DNA from: Ramazzottius varieornatus
Lineage: Eukaryota > Animalia > Tardigrada
DNA: 64,000 bases
NCBI GenBank assembly: GCA_001949185.1
Contig: BDGG01000013.1
Coordinates: 310,001 to 374,000, forward strand
Direction: 5' to 3'
Shown here piece by piece: positions 13,766 through 28,431 of this stretch. The translations under genes were made by a program, and so were the position numbers. The notes under the pieces were generated by a model that saw only the letters and a program-made list of their open reading frames with translations, ran no database searches and was not told the DNA's origin. How positions within the stretch are numbered: the stretch's first letter is position 1; the number at the start of each line of letters is the position of its first letter.

Positions 13766-16542
13766 TTAATTTCGACGGACCAAAGCTCCCCCTTTTTTAA
13801 CCCCCTCCTCCTCTTCATCCTTCAATGCTTTCAGCAGTAGCGAAGAATAATCTCATCCTTCAGGAGATCCGTTTTGGACTTGATAAGTAATTGTGGGCTT
13901 TCTCTCTGTGTATAAATTCTCCCTCCTTTCTCCCTTGGAAGCTCGGTTCATATTCATAGATTCGTTTACTGGTTACTTTGTGATGGATCAGATTTGATGC
14001 CAGATTGCGAATCTTTTTAGATCAATCTTAGTCTTTGAGGACGTGTCCATCGAATGTTTTTACAGTGTGTAGCAGTTTGGTTCGCGGAGTGCAGACTGCA
14101 GAGTTGTGGCTTCATCGGTAAAAGTTTCTGGTGTGTAGGAGGAAAAACCTTTCCTCATCGCATCTTGTCATATTGTTAGATGAGAAAATAATGACCATGG
14201 TGACAGAAAGAGCATCTCAGTACGTTCGTCGGTAGATCACAGAAAAATGGGCCGGTTCTCCTTTGGCGAAACTGCAGCACATTTTGAAGTCCTGCATTTT
14301 CCAGGTACACGCACGACGAGAAATCATGAGCCAACTCAGCCAAGCCTTTTCGCCCTACGGTACGAGGCGAAGGTTGTAAACTTAGCCGCCCCATAACGGG
14401 TTTGTAAAGTTGGCCACGGCTGTAGCGTGAAAGAGAAAAAAGCACGAAGGGTGAGATGGTGGTCAGAAGTTCGCGCGAAGCAAAGAGCGAAACTGAGCTT
14501 GTTCATCGAAAACATCTTCTCTAGAAGACTTTTGAACACGGAACATGGTGACTTGTACAAGAATGTTACACGGCAGGAGCACACATGGCCAATGGTCAAG
14601 ACGGAAATGTCATGAAAGAAGCCTACGAGGATGTACTGTATACTGTCCATAAGGGCGGAAACCCGTATACATCGACCAGCCTACGCCATGTCTTCCCATG
14701 AACCTCAACGTAAGAACAGGCTTATCAGTGTGCTTATCAACTAGACCATTAATAACAATATTGTTAACAGACAATAATTTTCTGTTATAGAAGAAAACTG
14801 ACCGTAAAAGCGTACGTGCGTCCTTCCAGTCCAACGTGGAGAAGTTAGTGATTATACACCAATCGATACTAGCAGTTACCTAGTTTTATCACTGAAGAAA
14901 AGACTCAACGATGTGAAAACCGATTGTGTTGACCGGCCCATGGACTAGACCATATTTTTCTTTGGTTATAAAAATTGTAAAAATCGCATAAGTCGGCCGA
15001 GTGGCGAGATGCAGTGTCTTCACCTAGAGTGACGCGGATAACTTTCTATAATAAGGCCAGAAACAAAGTCTTCCGTCCTGCCCAGATAGTTGTTGTTTGC
15101 TGTAGTTGTTGTCTGACTGCGATGAATTAGTGTGACGCCGACGGAGACTTGAATTGACAATAGGAAAAGCTCGACAAACCCTGGATGTGCAATGCACACT
15201 GTCGCATCAACGCAGAATAATACTGTACTTACTGCTCAGCTCCAAACAACAACAGGTAGCTTTCATCAATCGGTTCTCGAAGACTTGCACCAACGCATGG
15301 CCGCTTTGCTTACCAGCGCCTTAATTATAACCGGCATCGTACCTGGATCACGAAAAAAATATGTCGTTGCTTCATCAGAAAAACCACAATCGACACATCC
15401 GATTCAATATTAACTTTGAGAAAAGCTTACTACTGGAGGAAGTAGTAAATAATTATATGCTTGAAAACCAGTGGGAATTGCAGGCCGTTCGGGCCACATC
15501 GCTAGCACCTTCTGAAAATCAGACCTCTCTCGCTCCATCAAAACGTCTTCGCGTCGAAAATAGCATCCGTAGATAGTAAAAACAATGGCCTATCATAATC
15601 GAAAACAAAATCTGACAAATTCTACGAGACACGGCCGTATGACGAATTTTTGTCACATTGGAAGACTCGAAAAAGACAACTTTCGCAGATTTCTAGGCAT
15701 TTCTGAAAAATCGTTTTCTTGATTTTGTCTGCTGTTTCTGTGCTGTTAACAGTTAAAACAAATGGAACAATAACCAGGCTGCATGCGACATGCTTAAAAG
15801 CAGAAATGTACCGCCCGAATCAACAGTTATAACTTTTAACCTGGAAGGGGTTTCCCAACAAAACGGCCAAATTCCAAGTTCCAAATTTATTTTGTAAATC
15901 AGCTCGACTTTCTTTTCGTTGTTTTCGGTTATATATGATGAAACAAATAATTTTACACCTTTCAAATTGAATTTGGAAGTTGCTGCTCAGAAATGGGATA
16001 TGTGAGATAATTGTTTCTCCTTGGCATGACGGGAAGTCAAACTTTCAGTTTTTCCCGGGTTGTCTCTCACTGAACTGGAACGCGCTTTGGTTTCATGGAA
16101 TCAACTTGAAACGTTGTATGAAACACCGTGAGAAACAAGGAGAACCTATCTTTGTTGATTTTCTGAAGCGCTATTCTCCAAGTGGTAGCGATGTGGCCCG
16201 AACGGGCTGTATTAAGTACTGTATCTTGAGACAAAGGAGGCTCAGGTTTTCTTCAGGCACTGTCAATTATACAATATAAATTATATCCCTTATAGGCATC
16301 TTTCTTTCTTCAACTTTGTCCTTACTTTACCGTCGATGCACTGAAGAAGTGGCCGGGGAATACCGGCAGAAAAAGGTGTACGCCCAGTCCATCCTCCTTG
16401 ACCTTCAGCCGCCACAACAAAGACGTTCGGACCGGTTTAGCTCTCCTTCTTTCTGATTATCCGCTTTACTTGTCCATCCATCTTTCTTCACCATGCACCA
16501 CCAGCTGTGAATTTACAACAGCTGATCATTATTCCGAGCCGC

Positions 16543-16579
16543 TATAAAAGCAGACGGTGGTAAGAAAGGAAAGTCAGTC
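16543..16579 (+). promoter_or_regulatory. Putative TATA box plus initiator of secreted-repeat gene A
   Basis: TATAAAA at 16543-16549 and TCAGTC at 16574-16579 (~30 nt spacing), about 60 nt upstream of the ATG at 16638. Confidence 0.55.
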
Positions 16580-16637
16580 AGTCTTCCTTCACGGTGTAGC
16601 TTTCTTTGTTGTCTGTTGGAAAGTAGTGCTGTTCAGG

Positions 16638-19600
16638 ATGGGTCGACTTTCGCTCCTTGTGGCTTTGGCCGCGGCTCTCCAGGTGCGCCATGGTTCTTCC
16701 TAGCTTAATTTTCCAAGTGCTCACACGGGTTCTTCTTACAGGTGTTTGGCGGATGTGTCTCTGCACAGGATACCATCCCCTTCACCATCACCGACTCGGT
16801 TTACCTGGTCTACACCACCGCTGGCCAACGCGATGTCTTCCTGCAACAGGTCCTGGTCATCTGGCGAAATGCTTTGGGTGAGTACGCGGTAGACCGTGGT
16901 TGGCTCTGAAAGTGTTTCATGCTGCATGAATTAATTTGCAGATCAGTATCAGGCCACCAACGTGGCCATCAGCTTTGTCAGCGAGCGTCGCGCCGGTACC
17001 TCGGGTCCCACCAGCACCGGCACGTCCCGCATGGAGGTGGCCTACAAGGTTACTGGTTCCAGTGCCCAACAGATCGACATTAACCAGGCTCGCTCCGAGT
17101 TCCGATCGGTCCTCAAGGAATCGGGTTTGTCCGGGGTCGAAGCAGTCGATGGTGGCTCTGACTTCAGCCAGGGCAGCGGTACGTACCCCACTTCCTTCAT
17201 CTCTCAAAACTTATCCGGTGTCTTGTGGTCCGTAATGCCTTTAAGGTACACGTTGGTCACATTTTTCAGGCAGTGGCGGCAACTCCGGTAACCAGGGTCA
17301 GTCTCAGGGTAACAGCGGTAGCGGCAGCACCAACAGACAGTCGTCGGGTCAGTCCTTCACCATTACTGACACTGTCACCTTGACCTACACCACCACCACC
17401 CAGCGCACCACCTTCTTGAACCAGATCCTTCAAATGTGGCGAAACGTTCTCAGTAAGTCATTTCGGCCTAAAATTCACCCATTTTCCCCGTCAACAAATG
17501 GATAAATCGAAAAGCAGATAGGAACCGGGGTGGTCTACTGTGTGAGTACCCAAACCGGACGTCCGATTTCTATTCAGACGGAACATACCCCTCTGTGTTT
17601 CCTTTCTCGCAAGTATACTCTTGATTATATTGTTTGACGTTTTCTTCTTTGTAGGCAGCTACCAAGTCACGGACTTGAAGATCACCTTCGTCAGCGAGGG
17701 CCAAGCTGCGGGTTTTAGCTCGTCGAGCACCAAGACGGTGACTTACCGAGTGACTGGTTCCAGCCAGGGTGCCATCAACCAGCAACAGGCCAAGCAACAG
17801 CTCCACCAGGCCATCCGAGATGCCCATTTGTCTGGGGTGCAGGTGCAGGAAATGAGCAGCTCATCCTTTGATAGCTCTTCCAGCGATCACAGCGACAGCA
17901 GTGACAACAGCCAGGACAACCATTCGGGATCCAACTTTGGCAGCAACCAATCTGGATTCGACCAGGGCTCCAACCAAGGACAAGGCTCCAGTTCCAGCGC
18001 GAGCAGAGGCAAGAACCAGAACCAGGGCAAGGGTACCAACAACCTTAACTTCGGACAGTCCTCTGGCCAGTTGAACTTGATCACCGACAACCAACAGTCC
18101 AATGACAACGATGACAGCTCCAACTCCAACTCTGTGACGGGCTCCAACTCTGGATCATCTACCTCTAACCAACAATCCGGTATGTTACGGGAAGGATTCT
18201 TAAAGTTTTGAATACTTGATGGTGACGTTCTTCGCGACGATAGGTTCCGGCTCTGGTTCTCAACAAATCACCGACACCGTCCTGATGACCTACACCACCA
18301 CCCAACAGCGAAACGACCTGTTGAATCAGATTCTCAAGTTGTGGAAGACCTCTCTCCGTACGTAATTCCGAATGAACTAGGAGGCTGGCAAGTGACAGTA
18401 CTGTACCATAGCGTTCTGTCAAGTGGCGCACACCTTCACTGCTGTTGGCTGGAAGCGTGCGCCAGTTGTCGCAGGCTTCCAGCCAACGGCGAATTTTCAC
18501 CCTTGTCGAGTGTCTCTTGTTTGGACGATAATTATTGTCCAGGAGTAACGCTTGTTCTTGGTTCCACAGGTGGAGCCACCAACGTGCAGATCACCTTTGT
18601 CAGCGTCCGCAATGTCGGCAACCAGAAGGAAGTGACCTACAAGATCACCTGGGTCGGTGCCCAGACTGTCAACATTAACACCGTCAAGAACAACGTCCAC
18701 CAGTCCATCACCTCCGGATCCATCAACAGTGTGTCCGCTTCCTCCAGCTGGTCCAGCCAGAGCTTTTCCAGCAACAGCCAACAGACCACCAACCTCAACT
18801 CCAACAGCAACACCAACTCTGGTATGACCAACTCTGGTATGACCAACTCTGACAACGACAGTGACAATTCAAACTTCAACAACCAGAACAACGGTCAATT
18901 CGGAAGCCAAAGTGGAATGCAATCTGGAAGCCAAAGCGGAATGCAATCTGGCAGCCGATTGAACAGCAACACAAACTCCAACCTCAACAGCAACAGCCAG
19001 AACATCCAGGGCAAGACTAACTTTAACACGAACAACAACAACAACGACCAGAGCGACACCGGTATGGACACTTCTAACAACGGTGACCAGGACTCTAGCT
19101 CTGACTCGAGCTCTGACAACAGCCAGAACTCCAACTCTGGATTCTCAAGCTTCAACCAACAAGCTGGTTCATCCACCTCCAACCAACAGTCCGGTGAGTC
19201 CTCGAGCGGGTTCTGTACAGTATAATCTGACGATGATTTTCCGCAGGCTCCGGAGCTGGATCTCAACAAATCACTGATAACGTCCTGATGACCTACACCA
19301 CCACCCAACAGCGAAACGACCTACTGCAGCAGATCCTCAAGCAGTGGAGGAGTTCTCTCCGTAAGTATCCAACTCTTATTCTAGTCAAGGTAGCAAAGAA
19401 GGTATCCTGATGGTCCTTTGTTTTCGAATAGGTGGAGCCAACAACGTGCAGATCACCTTTGTCAGCGCCCGCACTGTCGGAAACCAAAAGGAAGTGACTT
19501 ACAGGATTATGTGGTCCGGTGCCCCGACTGTTAACCTCAACACCGTCAAGAACAACGTCCACCAGTTCATCACCACCATCAAGGGTTTGACGGCTCCGTC

Positions 19601-20249
19601 CAGCTGGTCCAGCCAGACCTCCACCACCAGCAATCAACAGAGCAGCAGCTTCAACCAACAGTCTTCCAGCTCAAACTTTGGCGACTCTAGCGACACCGAC
19701 TCCAGCGCTAACTTTAACTCCAACACCGGCAACTTGGGTGGCCGAAACGCTCAAATCAACACCAACCTTAACAACAACGCTGGTGACACTACCATGAACT
19801 CAAACTCCAACTTTAACTCGAACTCGGACAGCGGACACAGCTCTGACAGCAGCGACAACTCTAACGATTCTTCATCCTCTTCTTCCACCACCTTCCACAG
19901 CAACAACAACCAGAGCGGCGGCCAGTCCGGCAACCTCCAGTCATCTGGTGACAACACCTACACCGACTCCTACTACGTCAGCGAAGGTGCCAGCAACGAC
20001 AAGGAACAACGCAAGAACTACATCCGCTCCCTGTGGGCCATGTTGTTGGGCGTCGACGTCAACCAGGTCAATGTGCAGATCAGAGACGCTCCGAACTCTG
20101 GTATGCAGAATGGCCAGACTGCCGTCCAGTACACCGTCACCTTGACCAAGACCGCCAAGCCCAAGGGAACCTTCAGCAACATGCGGTCGACTTACTACAG
20201 CTACTTGCCCACCAGCATGTTGCAAGGACGTTGCACTTGCGTGCTTTAA
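16638..20249 (+). CDS. Gene A: secreted protein with 5 SEA/ferredoxin-like repeat domains and N/S/Q-rich linkers
   Basis: Signal peptide MGRLSLLVALAAALQ|VFGGCVSA. Repeats such as FTITDSVYLVYTTAGQRDVFLQQVLVIWRNALG...NVAISFVSE...EVAYKVTG...IDINQARSEFR. GT-AG introns; ends RCTCVL*. Confidence 0.75.
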
Positions 20250-22528
20250 GCATTACAGTTATGTACTTCTGTCGTTTCGATTCAAAGAAAACAAAGACAT
20301 TTGGTTCACTGTCTAGGTCTTTTAGCTTCTTCTTCCCTGTCCTCTGACTAACAAACCTGTTTTTTCTTCTTCTTTTTCCGCTCTTACTAAGTGATTGGAT
20401 AGTGCTATCTACCTCAACTCGCGTTAAACTAACAAACCTGATGGCCGCTTCCTTTCTGGAATAAAATGATGGTCGCAGCACTGTCGTTGCATCTTGGTGG
20501 CGTTCAATCCTTTCCAGTAAGAATTTAGTCCAAATTGTACAGTATTGCAGTATTGACGAAGAAGCTGAAATTCATGCTGTCGTTGGGCCCATTGCCAGAG
20601 AACCGGCCGAAATATTCAACAGGCCGTACTGATACACCCCGCCCAAGCCAACTTCCAGCGCAGTCAAGTTCTTGGTTCCTGCTCTAAAGTTTTCCAGTCA
20701 CAAACCCTACGCACGAAATCTGATCTAACCGAGCTTAAAATCAGCGTTCAATCAGCTTGTTATCTGATTTTGGCAGGATTTTGATCAAAAAAGGCCATGA
20801 ATTGGCATGAAACGAGTTCTTTATCCAGGAAAAATATGTTATCGTAAAATCAGCATGTTTTGTCTGGCAAACCAAAGATCTAGCTGGGCTGGTTGCTACC
20901 ACCTGGCATTTCGGCGCTGAAAAATTCAAAGTTCGACCTTACCATTCAAGCTTCCACACGCTCTGTGTAAGTTTTGAAGCTGCTTTGATTGAGCTATAGT
21001 ACTTTCTGTTGTATTGGGAAATAGCTCGAAAAAGCAGTATGACTTCCGGTGGGGAAGACATACCGCAGTAGGTCAAATTCTGTCCGCAAAATTTCCCGGT
21101 TGGAGGTTTCACCCCCAAGCTGATGCAAACAGACCTAAAACTGTGTTTGTGGTCGGAAAGGATCAAGAGAGAGCAGGAAAGTCCCGCAGACCGTTGCTCG
21201 ACGTTTTCGTTATTATTGCTCTATGCACATTGTACACTATGGTCAACCCACACTGGTACTTTTCACCGCGGCAGAAGCACCTTTTTCCGGAGAATTGCAT
21301 GCACTGAGAGAGGTAGCGCCATCACGGCACATGCATACCGATAAACGATGCGTGTGTAGGTGATTTCTCATATCACATTAAACATGAAAAAGTCAACCTT
21401 GTAATGCTGGCTCTTGCATTCGTGTTCGCGGAAGCATGTACGAGCCAACCGGCATGGAGATGTCCACTGGAAACTGCTGGCGTGGAGATTGAAGCGCAAA
21501 ATTATGTCTCCTGCTTGATTGCCGAATCTTAATACGTCTCGAGAGGGTAACTAACACTGCCCGACACCGTTGATCTCTCTGCTGTTGATCTCATCCAACC
21601 AATTTGGCTTCTGCTTTGTCTGCGGAAGGGTTAGAAAGACTGGGAGCAGTCTTTCTTGACATTTTTATCAAGAAAAACGAGTTTGAGGCAACGGAAACCG
21701 TGATTAAGCCTTGAAATCACCAAGCCGGGATTTGCGACTTTTGATCTCCATACCGGTCATCTTGTACCTATTTTTTGGTTTCTTGTATGCAGATGGTGAG
21801 TGGTGCCCATGCGCCTGGTACAAATGTCAGTGCTGTGGCATAAGAAACCTGAATCCACCCGAGGGCTGACAAGCTGATCAGGATTCAGGACCAAGATTTA
21901 TTGAATCTCGCGTGAACATCCAAATTTAGCAATTTTCAGGACGAGCGAAGCGAATCTTTTATAGGTCTGTCGAAAAGTCAATGTGTATCGCAAATGGTAA
22001 GGCTTTCTAATATCGCAAACTCCGTTATGAAAAACGATGCGCGAGTTGACCGAGGTTGCAAAAACTTTTTACTCGCAATCCTAAGCAAACTCCGTGTGCC
22101 TGTCACAATGGGAGCATTCGGAAAAACATCCGACCACAAGAAAGACTTTGCCAGTTTTCAGAAGTCTTCCGCAAAAAACATTGGCAACAAAGGGGGAAGG
22201 GGGAAGGGGGAAGGGGGAAGGTGGTTTAGTGGTCAGAAGAGCCTGATCCGTTGTTATCCCATTCGCTGGGACTTCCGAGTGGTCAGGACCACTAGCTAGT
22301 GATATTCAATAACAGGTGATCATTTGTGTCCCCGTCTTACTCCCCCTTTTTTTCACGAAACAGTGCATAAAACAGCATGACTGTGAGACGCGTTATAGCG
22401 AACAGTGTTGTACATGAGCTGAAAGTCAGGTGCACCCAAGAGAAAAACATTGAAAAGAAACCAGAGAGAATTTAGCAGTTTTGGCGAAAGCGGAAAATGG
22501 CTTGCAGTTGTGTAAAAGATCTAAGCAG

Positions 22529-25500
22529 CTACTGTAGAACATCCTGAAAGCCACAATTCTCAATTTTCGAGGCACTGACGCTCTTGGTGATGACATACTG
22601 CTGGAAAGAAGCTTGCAGGGCGCCAGCACTCAGCTTGTACTTGTCACTAACGACGACCACAGCGTACGACAGTTGGCTAAAGGTCTTGCCTGCGCTCTTT
22701 TCACTTTCCAAAGAAGTCTCGAAGATCAACTCGTCAAACAACCAAGCCTCCACCAGCTGGAAGTTCCTTCCTGTACAGTACGAACTCGTCAGCTTTCTTC
22801 ATCGAATTAGGAAAAAGTAACTAGATTTACCCAGAGCATTCTGCCACAGCTTTTCGATACCGTCCACGAAGTCATCACGCTCCTTCTCGCTGTCGTATGA
22901 AAAGCTAATACTTTCACGGAGAACCACAGCGTTACTGTGCTTCGCCGAGGAAGTGGACTGGCTACTTCCGGCAGCGCTGGGCTTGATGGCTACGAACTGT
23001 GACTTTAACATTGTCAAGTTCAAGTCAGCCGAACTGCTGAAAATGACCACCAGGTACTTCATGGTTTGCACCGAGCCGGAAGTTTGGTTGTCGTAGATGG
23101 AAAGATGATGGTCACTGTCGTTACCTGCAGAAACCGAAACTGATGGTGAGCGTCTGTCTGGACTTGTATCGGATAAATTGACTTCTTTATCGTACCGATG
23201 ACTTGCTGCCAGGCTTGTTGGACTTGGTCGATATAAACCGCGATTTCATCATCATCGTTACTTCGGATGCTCAGAGTATCGTAGATGACGTAAGTGTTGA
23301 AAGGGTCAGTTTGACTGGATGACGACTCGCTCGTGGAAATGGCGGCCTTGCCGTTGGTGCTAGAGCTCGATTTGGACGCAGTGTTACCAGACGGTGAGAC
23401 AGCCCAGTCGTCGATGGTCTCGTCGTTGCCACCCTTCTGTGCACTGACCACGATGTAATCGACCTTGGCATCCACCAGTTCGCGTCGGAGAGCGTGACGG
23501 ACCACGGTCAGATCGATCGGGCGACGAGCAGTACCGGTGATGATGTAAGCTAGGGAATGCACTTCGATGTCGGCTCCCAGTTGAGCCCACTGTGGTGCGT
23601 AGATCTCGCTGATGAACTTGATCTCGGCGTTTTCCACATCACCTGGAAACGTGGATTATAACTGCCTTTAGAATTCCTTCTCGCTGCTGCCGGACCGATG
23701 TTACCCACAGTAATGACGCGAGTACTTACCCAGAGCGTCAGAAGACAACCATCGCTTCTTGATATCCTCAACGGCAGCTTCCCGTTCGCTCTTGCTGCTG
23801 TAGCGGATGGACAAGGCTCCACGGATGGTGACCTCACCCTTCAAGCCAGCAATATGGTATGTCAGCCTGCGTCGCTCTCGTACGGGTACGTGTAGTCTCT
23901 CGCAGGTGAGCGCAAATAGAAATGGACTGACTAACCTTGACCATGTTGGAGGTTTCTTGCGAAGATGACGTTTGGCTCATTATGTGGGACGAAGACTTCT
24001 TGCCCATGGATGACTGAAAATCCCACCATATCAACACTGGTTTAAATCATAAATTTATGGATACAGTATATTTTATAGCAAAGATGATAAAAGGATGCAA
24101 TACCGAGCTTTCCATCTGCAACTGAGAGGATGAGTCTTCGGATTTTTCTGAATTACTGGAATCGTCAATAGCCTTGAATTGGGGCTTGACCGTAGCCCGA
24201 ATGGGCTTCATTTTCTGCGATGTGGAAACCATCCAGGGTCTTCTCGGCTGTAAAGGGAGTTCCGTACGGATTATTGTCGATCATAAAGCCAATCAGAAAG
24301 AATGGGGAGACAGTCTGAAGCATCTCACTTACCCCGGCGGTGACTTCGATGGCATCACGGAAGGTATCGACAACTTGTCCCGCTCCCACTCGCAAATAGC
24401 TTTCGGAGGAAGACTGCGACTGGTACTTGTTGGTGTCGCCGATCTTCACATCCTTGTTGAAGAAAATCTTGTTCGGTGCCGTGGTGGTAGTCCTTTTCTT
24501 AATGGTTATCGCTACTTGTACGGTGTCTTGATCGCTATCGTTGTCGTTGGATTCTTCAGCTTGCTGCTGGCTGTGGCTGCTGTCAGACTGCTGGTCGTAG
24601 CTGGAACCTTGGTTGTTTTTAGCCTTGCCGAAGAAGATCTTGGCTGCGGGCTTGGTGGTGGTAGCTTTGGCGGTGGTCTTGGTGGTCGCTGCAATTTGAC
24701 CGTACGAAGAGTCACTGTCAGAATCGGAGTCTTCATGGTCGTCACCGCTTTCCCCGCTGTGCGTCTCGTGTTGCTTTTGAGAGTACTTAGAGCTGGAAGA
24801 AGACTTCTGCTCGTTGCTCTTGGCTTTTACGGCAGCTTCAGTGGTGGCCTTGGTGGTGGACTTGGTTGTAGCTGGAGCCTGGTCCAATATGCTGTCCGAG
24901 TCAGAGTCGTCCTGGTTATCCTCACTGTCCTCACTGTCATCACTGTCTTCGCTGTTGGAGATGGTGAAAGACTGCTGGCTTTTCTGAGCAGACTGAGACT
25001 GGGAGGAAGACTTCCAATCACCCTTCTTGACCAGAGCTGCTTTGGGAGTTGATCTGGTTGTAGCTGGTGCTTGGAGCGCAGCACTGTCCGAGTCCGAATC
25101 GTCATAGCTCTCTTCGCTAGCGGACGAGCTTTGGGATTGCTGTTGCGCAGACTGGTCGGACTTTTTGTACGCGCCAACCTGAGACTGAGCCGAAGAACTC
25201 TTGGTTCGGGAAGTCATGATCCAGATAAAGTTAGCGCTCTGCAGGGACTTCAGGAAATTGACCATCACGTCGGCGACGTCGAATCGGTGAGTGCTGAAAC
25301 CGGTGATCTTGTAGGTAACTGCGTGAGCGCCGGGTGCACTAATATCCATGATAACTTTGATCTCCACGTTGCTGACGACGCTTTCTCCTCCCAGGACTTG
25401 GATCCAGACTGACCTGAGTGAGTCAAGGTATCTCTCAAGTTCTGCAGAGGTGGTGTACGCAATGATCTGGGTGTCTTGAATGCTAAACTTGATCAAGTTT

Positions 25501-28431
25501 TCTGAACTGTGTTGCATCTCGCTAGAGCTGCTGGACTGCGAGTTGATGTGAGACTGTTTGTTACTGGTCGATGAATGCTGATCGCTCTGGTCCTCCGACT
25601 ACGAAGACAGAAATTTCAGTCTCTGAAGACGTTGAACGCCACGTGGGTGCTCGCGGCAAATGAAGTCGATCTCATCGTTTTTCCCAAGTGGCGCACGTAT
25701 GCGGTGTAATTGTGTGGTAGCATGCGCCACTTGGGGAAACGGTCCGGTCGACTTTAGTTGACGAGGCCTCATATTTTTTCTCCGGGGTGATTTGTATGAG
25801 TCAACTTTGTAAAGTATTCTCACCTGGCCATCGTTGCTGGAGGTGGTCGCAACATTGAGTTTCAACGAGCCCTTAATGTAAGGCAGCTTGCTAGTGAGTC
25901 GGCTTTTCTTGCTTCCTGTTCGATCTTCCTGCAGCTGCTTCGTCTGCTCTTCACTGTTGTCAGAAATGGAGGCAATGTTGAGGTCCAAAGTGCCCTTGAT
26001 GTGCGGCAACCGGTAGCTGACGCTACCCTTCTTGCTGACTTGGCTTCCCTGTTGTTGGGCTCCCACAGCGTTCAAGTCGAGGCTACCTTGGATGTACGGT
26101 AGAGTCAGGACCCGAGTGGCGCTCTGCAGGAGGGCATTATCGGACTTGGAGACCTTTGACCAGAATCGAGAGACGTACGTCTTCAGATCCAGACCAGACT
26201 GCGAGCTTTCCACCAGGATATGGTAAATTATATTGCGCTTCTTGCTACCAGGACGCGCAAAGTCGTCATTCAGCGAGATCTGGACGTCGTCGGCGGAGTT
26301 ACCCAGAAGATCAGCCCACATGGAACGGATGAGCTCGAGAAGCTGATCCCGTTGACTCTGGCTACTGTATTCCACCTGCAAAAACACTGAGATTGGTTCT
26401 ACCGTAACCGAGATGAACATGTACTCGTACATGTATAATACTTCTACATGTGGGCACTCGAACTAAATTCTCTTAAATACCTGGATCGCATCAGACAAGA
26501 AGTAATGCTCGGTGGCGGAACTGGAGCTCTTTGTTGTCTTACTCTGGGTAACCTCTGTCGTGCTCTTGAAGGAGGAGGACCGGGACTTCTTGGCATGAGC
26601 ACCAAGAGAGCGACCTTGAGCGCCTGATGGACTGATGGATTCATCCGAGCTGTCCGAACCGTCCGTAGTATCGTCCGATCCGGCGCCCCCTTCTTGGGAT
26701 CCGGAGTCTCGTTCCTCGTCATCGGCGGAATCGTCGTTGGGTTCCATCAAGTCACGGCCTTGAGACTTCATGGTCACGAAGGAAAAGCCATTACCGGTTT
26801 TGATGGTTGGTGAGCCGAGCATGCTGAGGAATTTTCGCTTTAGGGTCTCAAAGTTCCAGTCGGTCTTGTTTTGCGAAGAGAACATGATGGAGTAGGACAC
26901 ACGGTGGGCGTTGGTGGCGGTGGTTGAGGCGGGCTTTTCTGCGTAGACGGACACCTGGACATTCCAAGCATCCGATCCTACAAGGAAAAACAGAACCACG
27001 CCATTTTAGAGGTATCTCAGGCATAACCCGTCAAACTTCGTTTTCAAAGTTTGTGGCGTCGTTGCCAAAATATCAACCTTGACATTCGTCATCCCCGTTA
27101 CTAAAAATTCGTATGGTAAAGTTGAGAAGTCCAGCGGTTTTTCGAATCGGTTTCGACCAGCAAATTAATCAGCAAATGCTTACCGAAGACGTCCTGCCAC
27201 GTCTTTCTCAGGGTCTCGACGGCTTCTGCCTTCTGCGCGTCTGTAGAGTAGGTCATGGTAACCGTGTCGTAAAAGACGAACGAACGGACACCGTTGTCGG
27301 AAAAGGGTGTGGTGCTACCCGAGTCAGATGTATCCAGGATGATCAGTGACGGAATGTTCGCCTTAGAAAGGACCTGGCGAACCTTGCTCTCCAACTGCTG
27401 GACATTCCAGTCCATTTGGGTGGTGAGGACGGTGATGACATAGGCCAACTGGTGAGTGCCGTCGGCATTCAGCATATCCTGATGGACGACCAAATCGACA
27501 TTTGTGGCGGCGTCACCGAAAGCCGTCTCCCAGGCACGACGGATGATCTCCAGAACGCGGTTGCGTTCAGCCATGTTGCGATAGCTGAACGAGATGGTGT
27601 CGTACAGCATAAAAGTCTTGACGTTCTCTTGTTCGGTCATGTCGGTGGAAGCGGACGAAGGAGATCGGATTTGATCAATGACGGTCATGTTGACTGTGTC
27701 GGGAATTTGGCCTTGAGGGAAGGTGACGAGGTAGGAGCTAGTCGAAGCGGGTAGCATTTCTTGGAACTGGCGTCTGTACGTGTCAGTATCTGAGTTGGCG
27801 AACTCGGTGTCTGCGCTGGTGACACTGTAGGAAACATTGTGTCCCTGCGTCTTGCTCTTGATATGGCCAGACGACAGCGGGATGTCGCGAATGATCAAAA
27901 CGCGTACGTTCCTGACATCGGTATCTGTAGAAATTAGAATAAATTTATAGATATCGCGATCTTGCTTCTTTGTCAAGAAAACTGGTGAAAGGCGCCGCGA
28001 AATCTGTATGTTGGACGAGACTGTGCAGCACGTACGGAAAATAAAGGCCCACAGGCGCCGGATCCATTCGATGTTTCGATCACGTTCCTCTTGGGTGGAG
28101 TAAGCCAACAACAAACTGTCTTCGATCGACGAAGTTCCCGATGTCGCCATCGACGAACCAGAGCCTGACACTGCGCTGCTCTCTTGAGATCCCGATCTGC
28201 CTGAAGCCATTTCCATCGAGCTGTCCACAGTCGGTGCAGCCAGTAAGCACAAACCACACAGCAGCACCTAGAAATGAAACATGTTCGATATGTCTGAACC
28301 CGGAATATTTTCCATCAGTTATTTCTTCAAAGTACGATATTGCGGTAACGAAGATCACATAAATACTGGTGAACAAATATATCAGATTGACGTACCAGCA
28401 ACATGCTTGTGAACCACATTGCTTTAGCCAT
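22529..28431 (-). CDS. Gene B: secreted protein with ~8 repeat domains and S/D/Q/K/T-rich linkers
   Basis: Signal peptide MAKAMWFTSMLL|VLLCGLCLLAAPTVDS. Domains begin IEDSLLLAY, FMLYDTISFSY, FVFYDTVTMTY, YFLSDAIQV, FSIQDTQIIAY, VTIRGALSIRY, YVIYDTLSIRS, VVLRESISFSY; ends CGFQDVLQ*. Some internal exon borders (24.0-24.4 kb) are uncertain. Confidence 0.7.

Noticed and set aside
14170-16300. Short ORFs between DET1 and gene A (also 3173-3943 and 20939-22299)
   Set aside because: No recognisable motifs, coherent splice pattern or coding-like composition.
20229-20249. CaaX prenylation signal at the end of gene A (RCTCVL)
   Set aside because: Cys is at -5 and -3, not -4, and the protein has a signal peptide.
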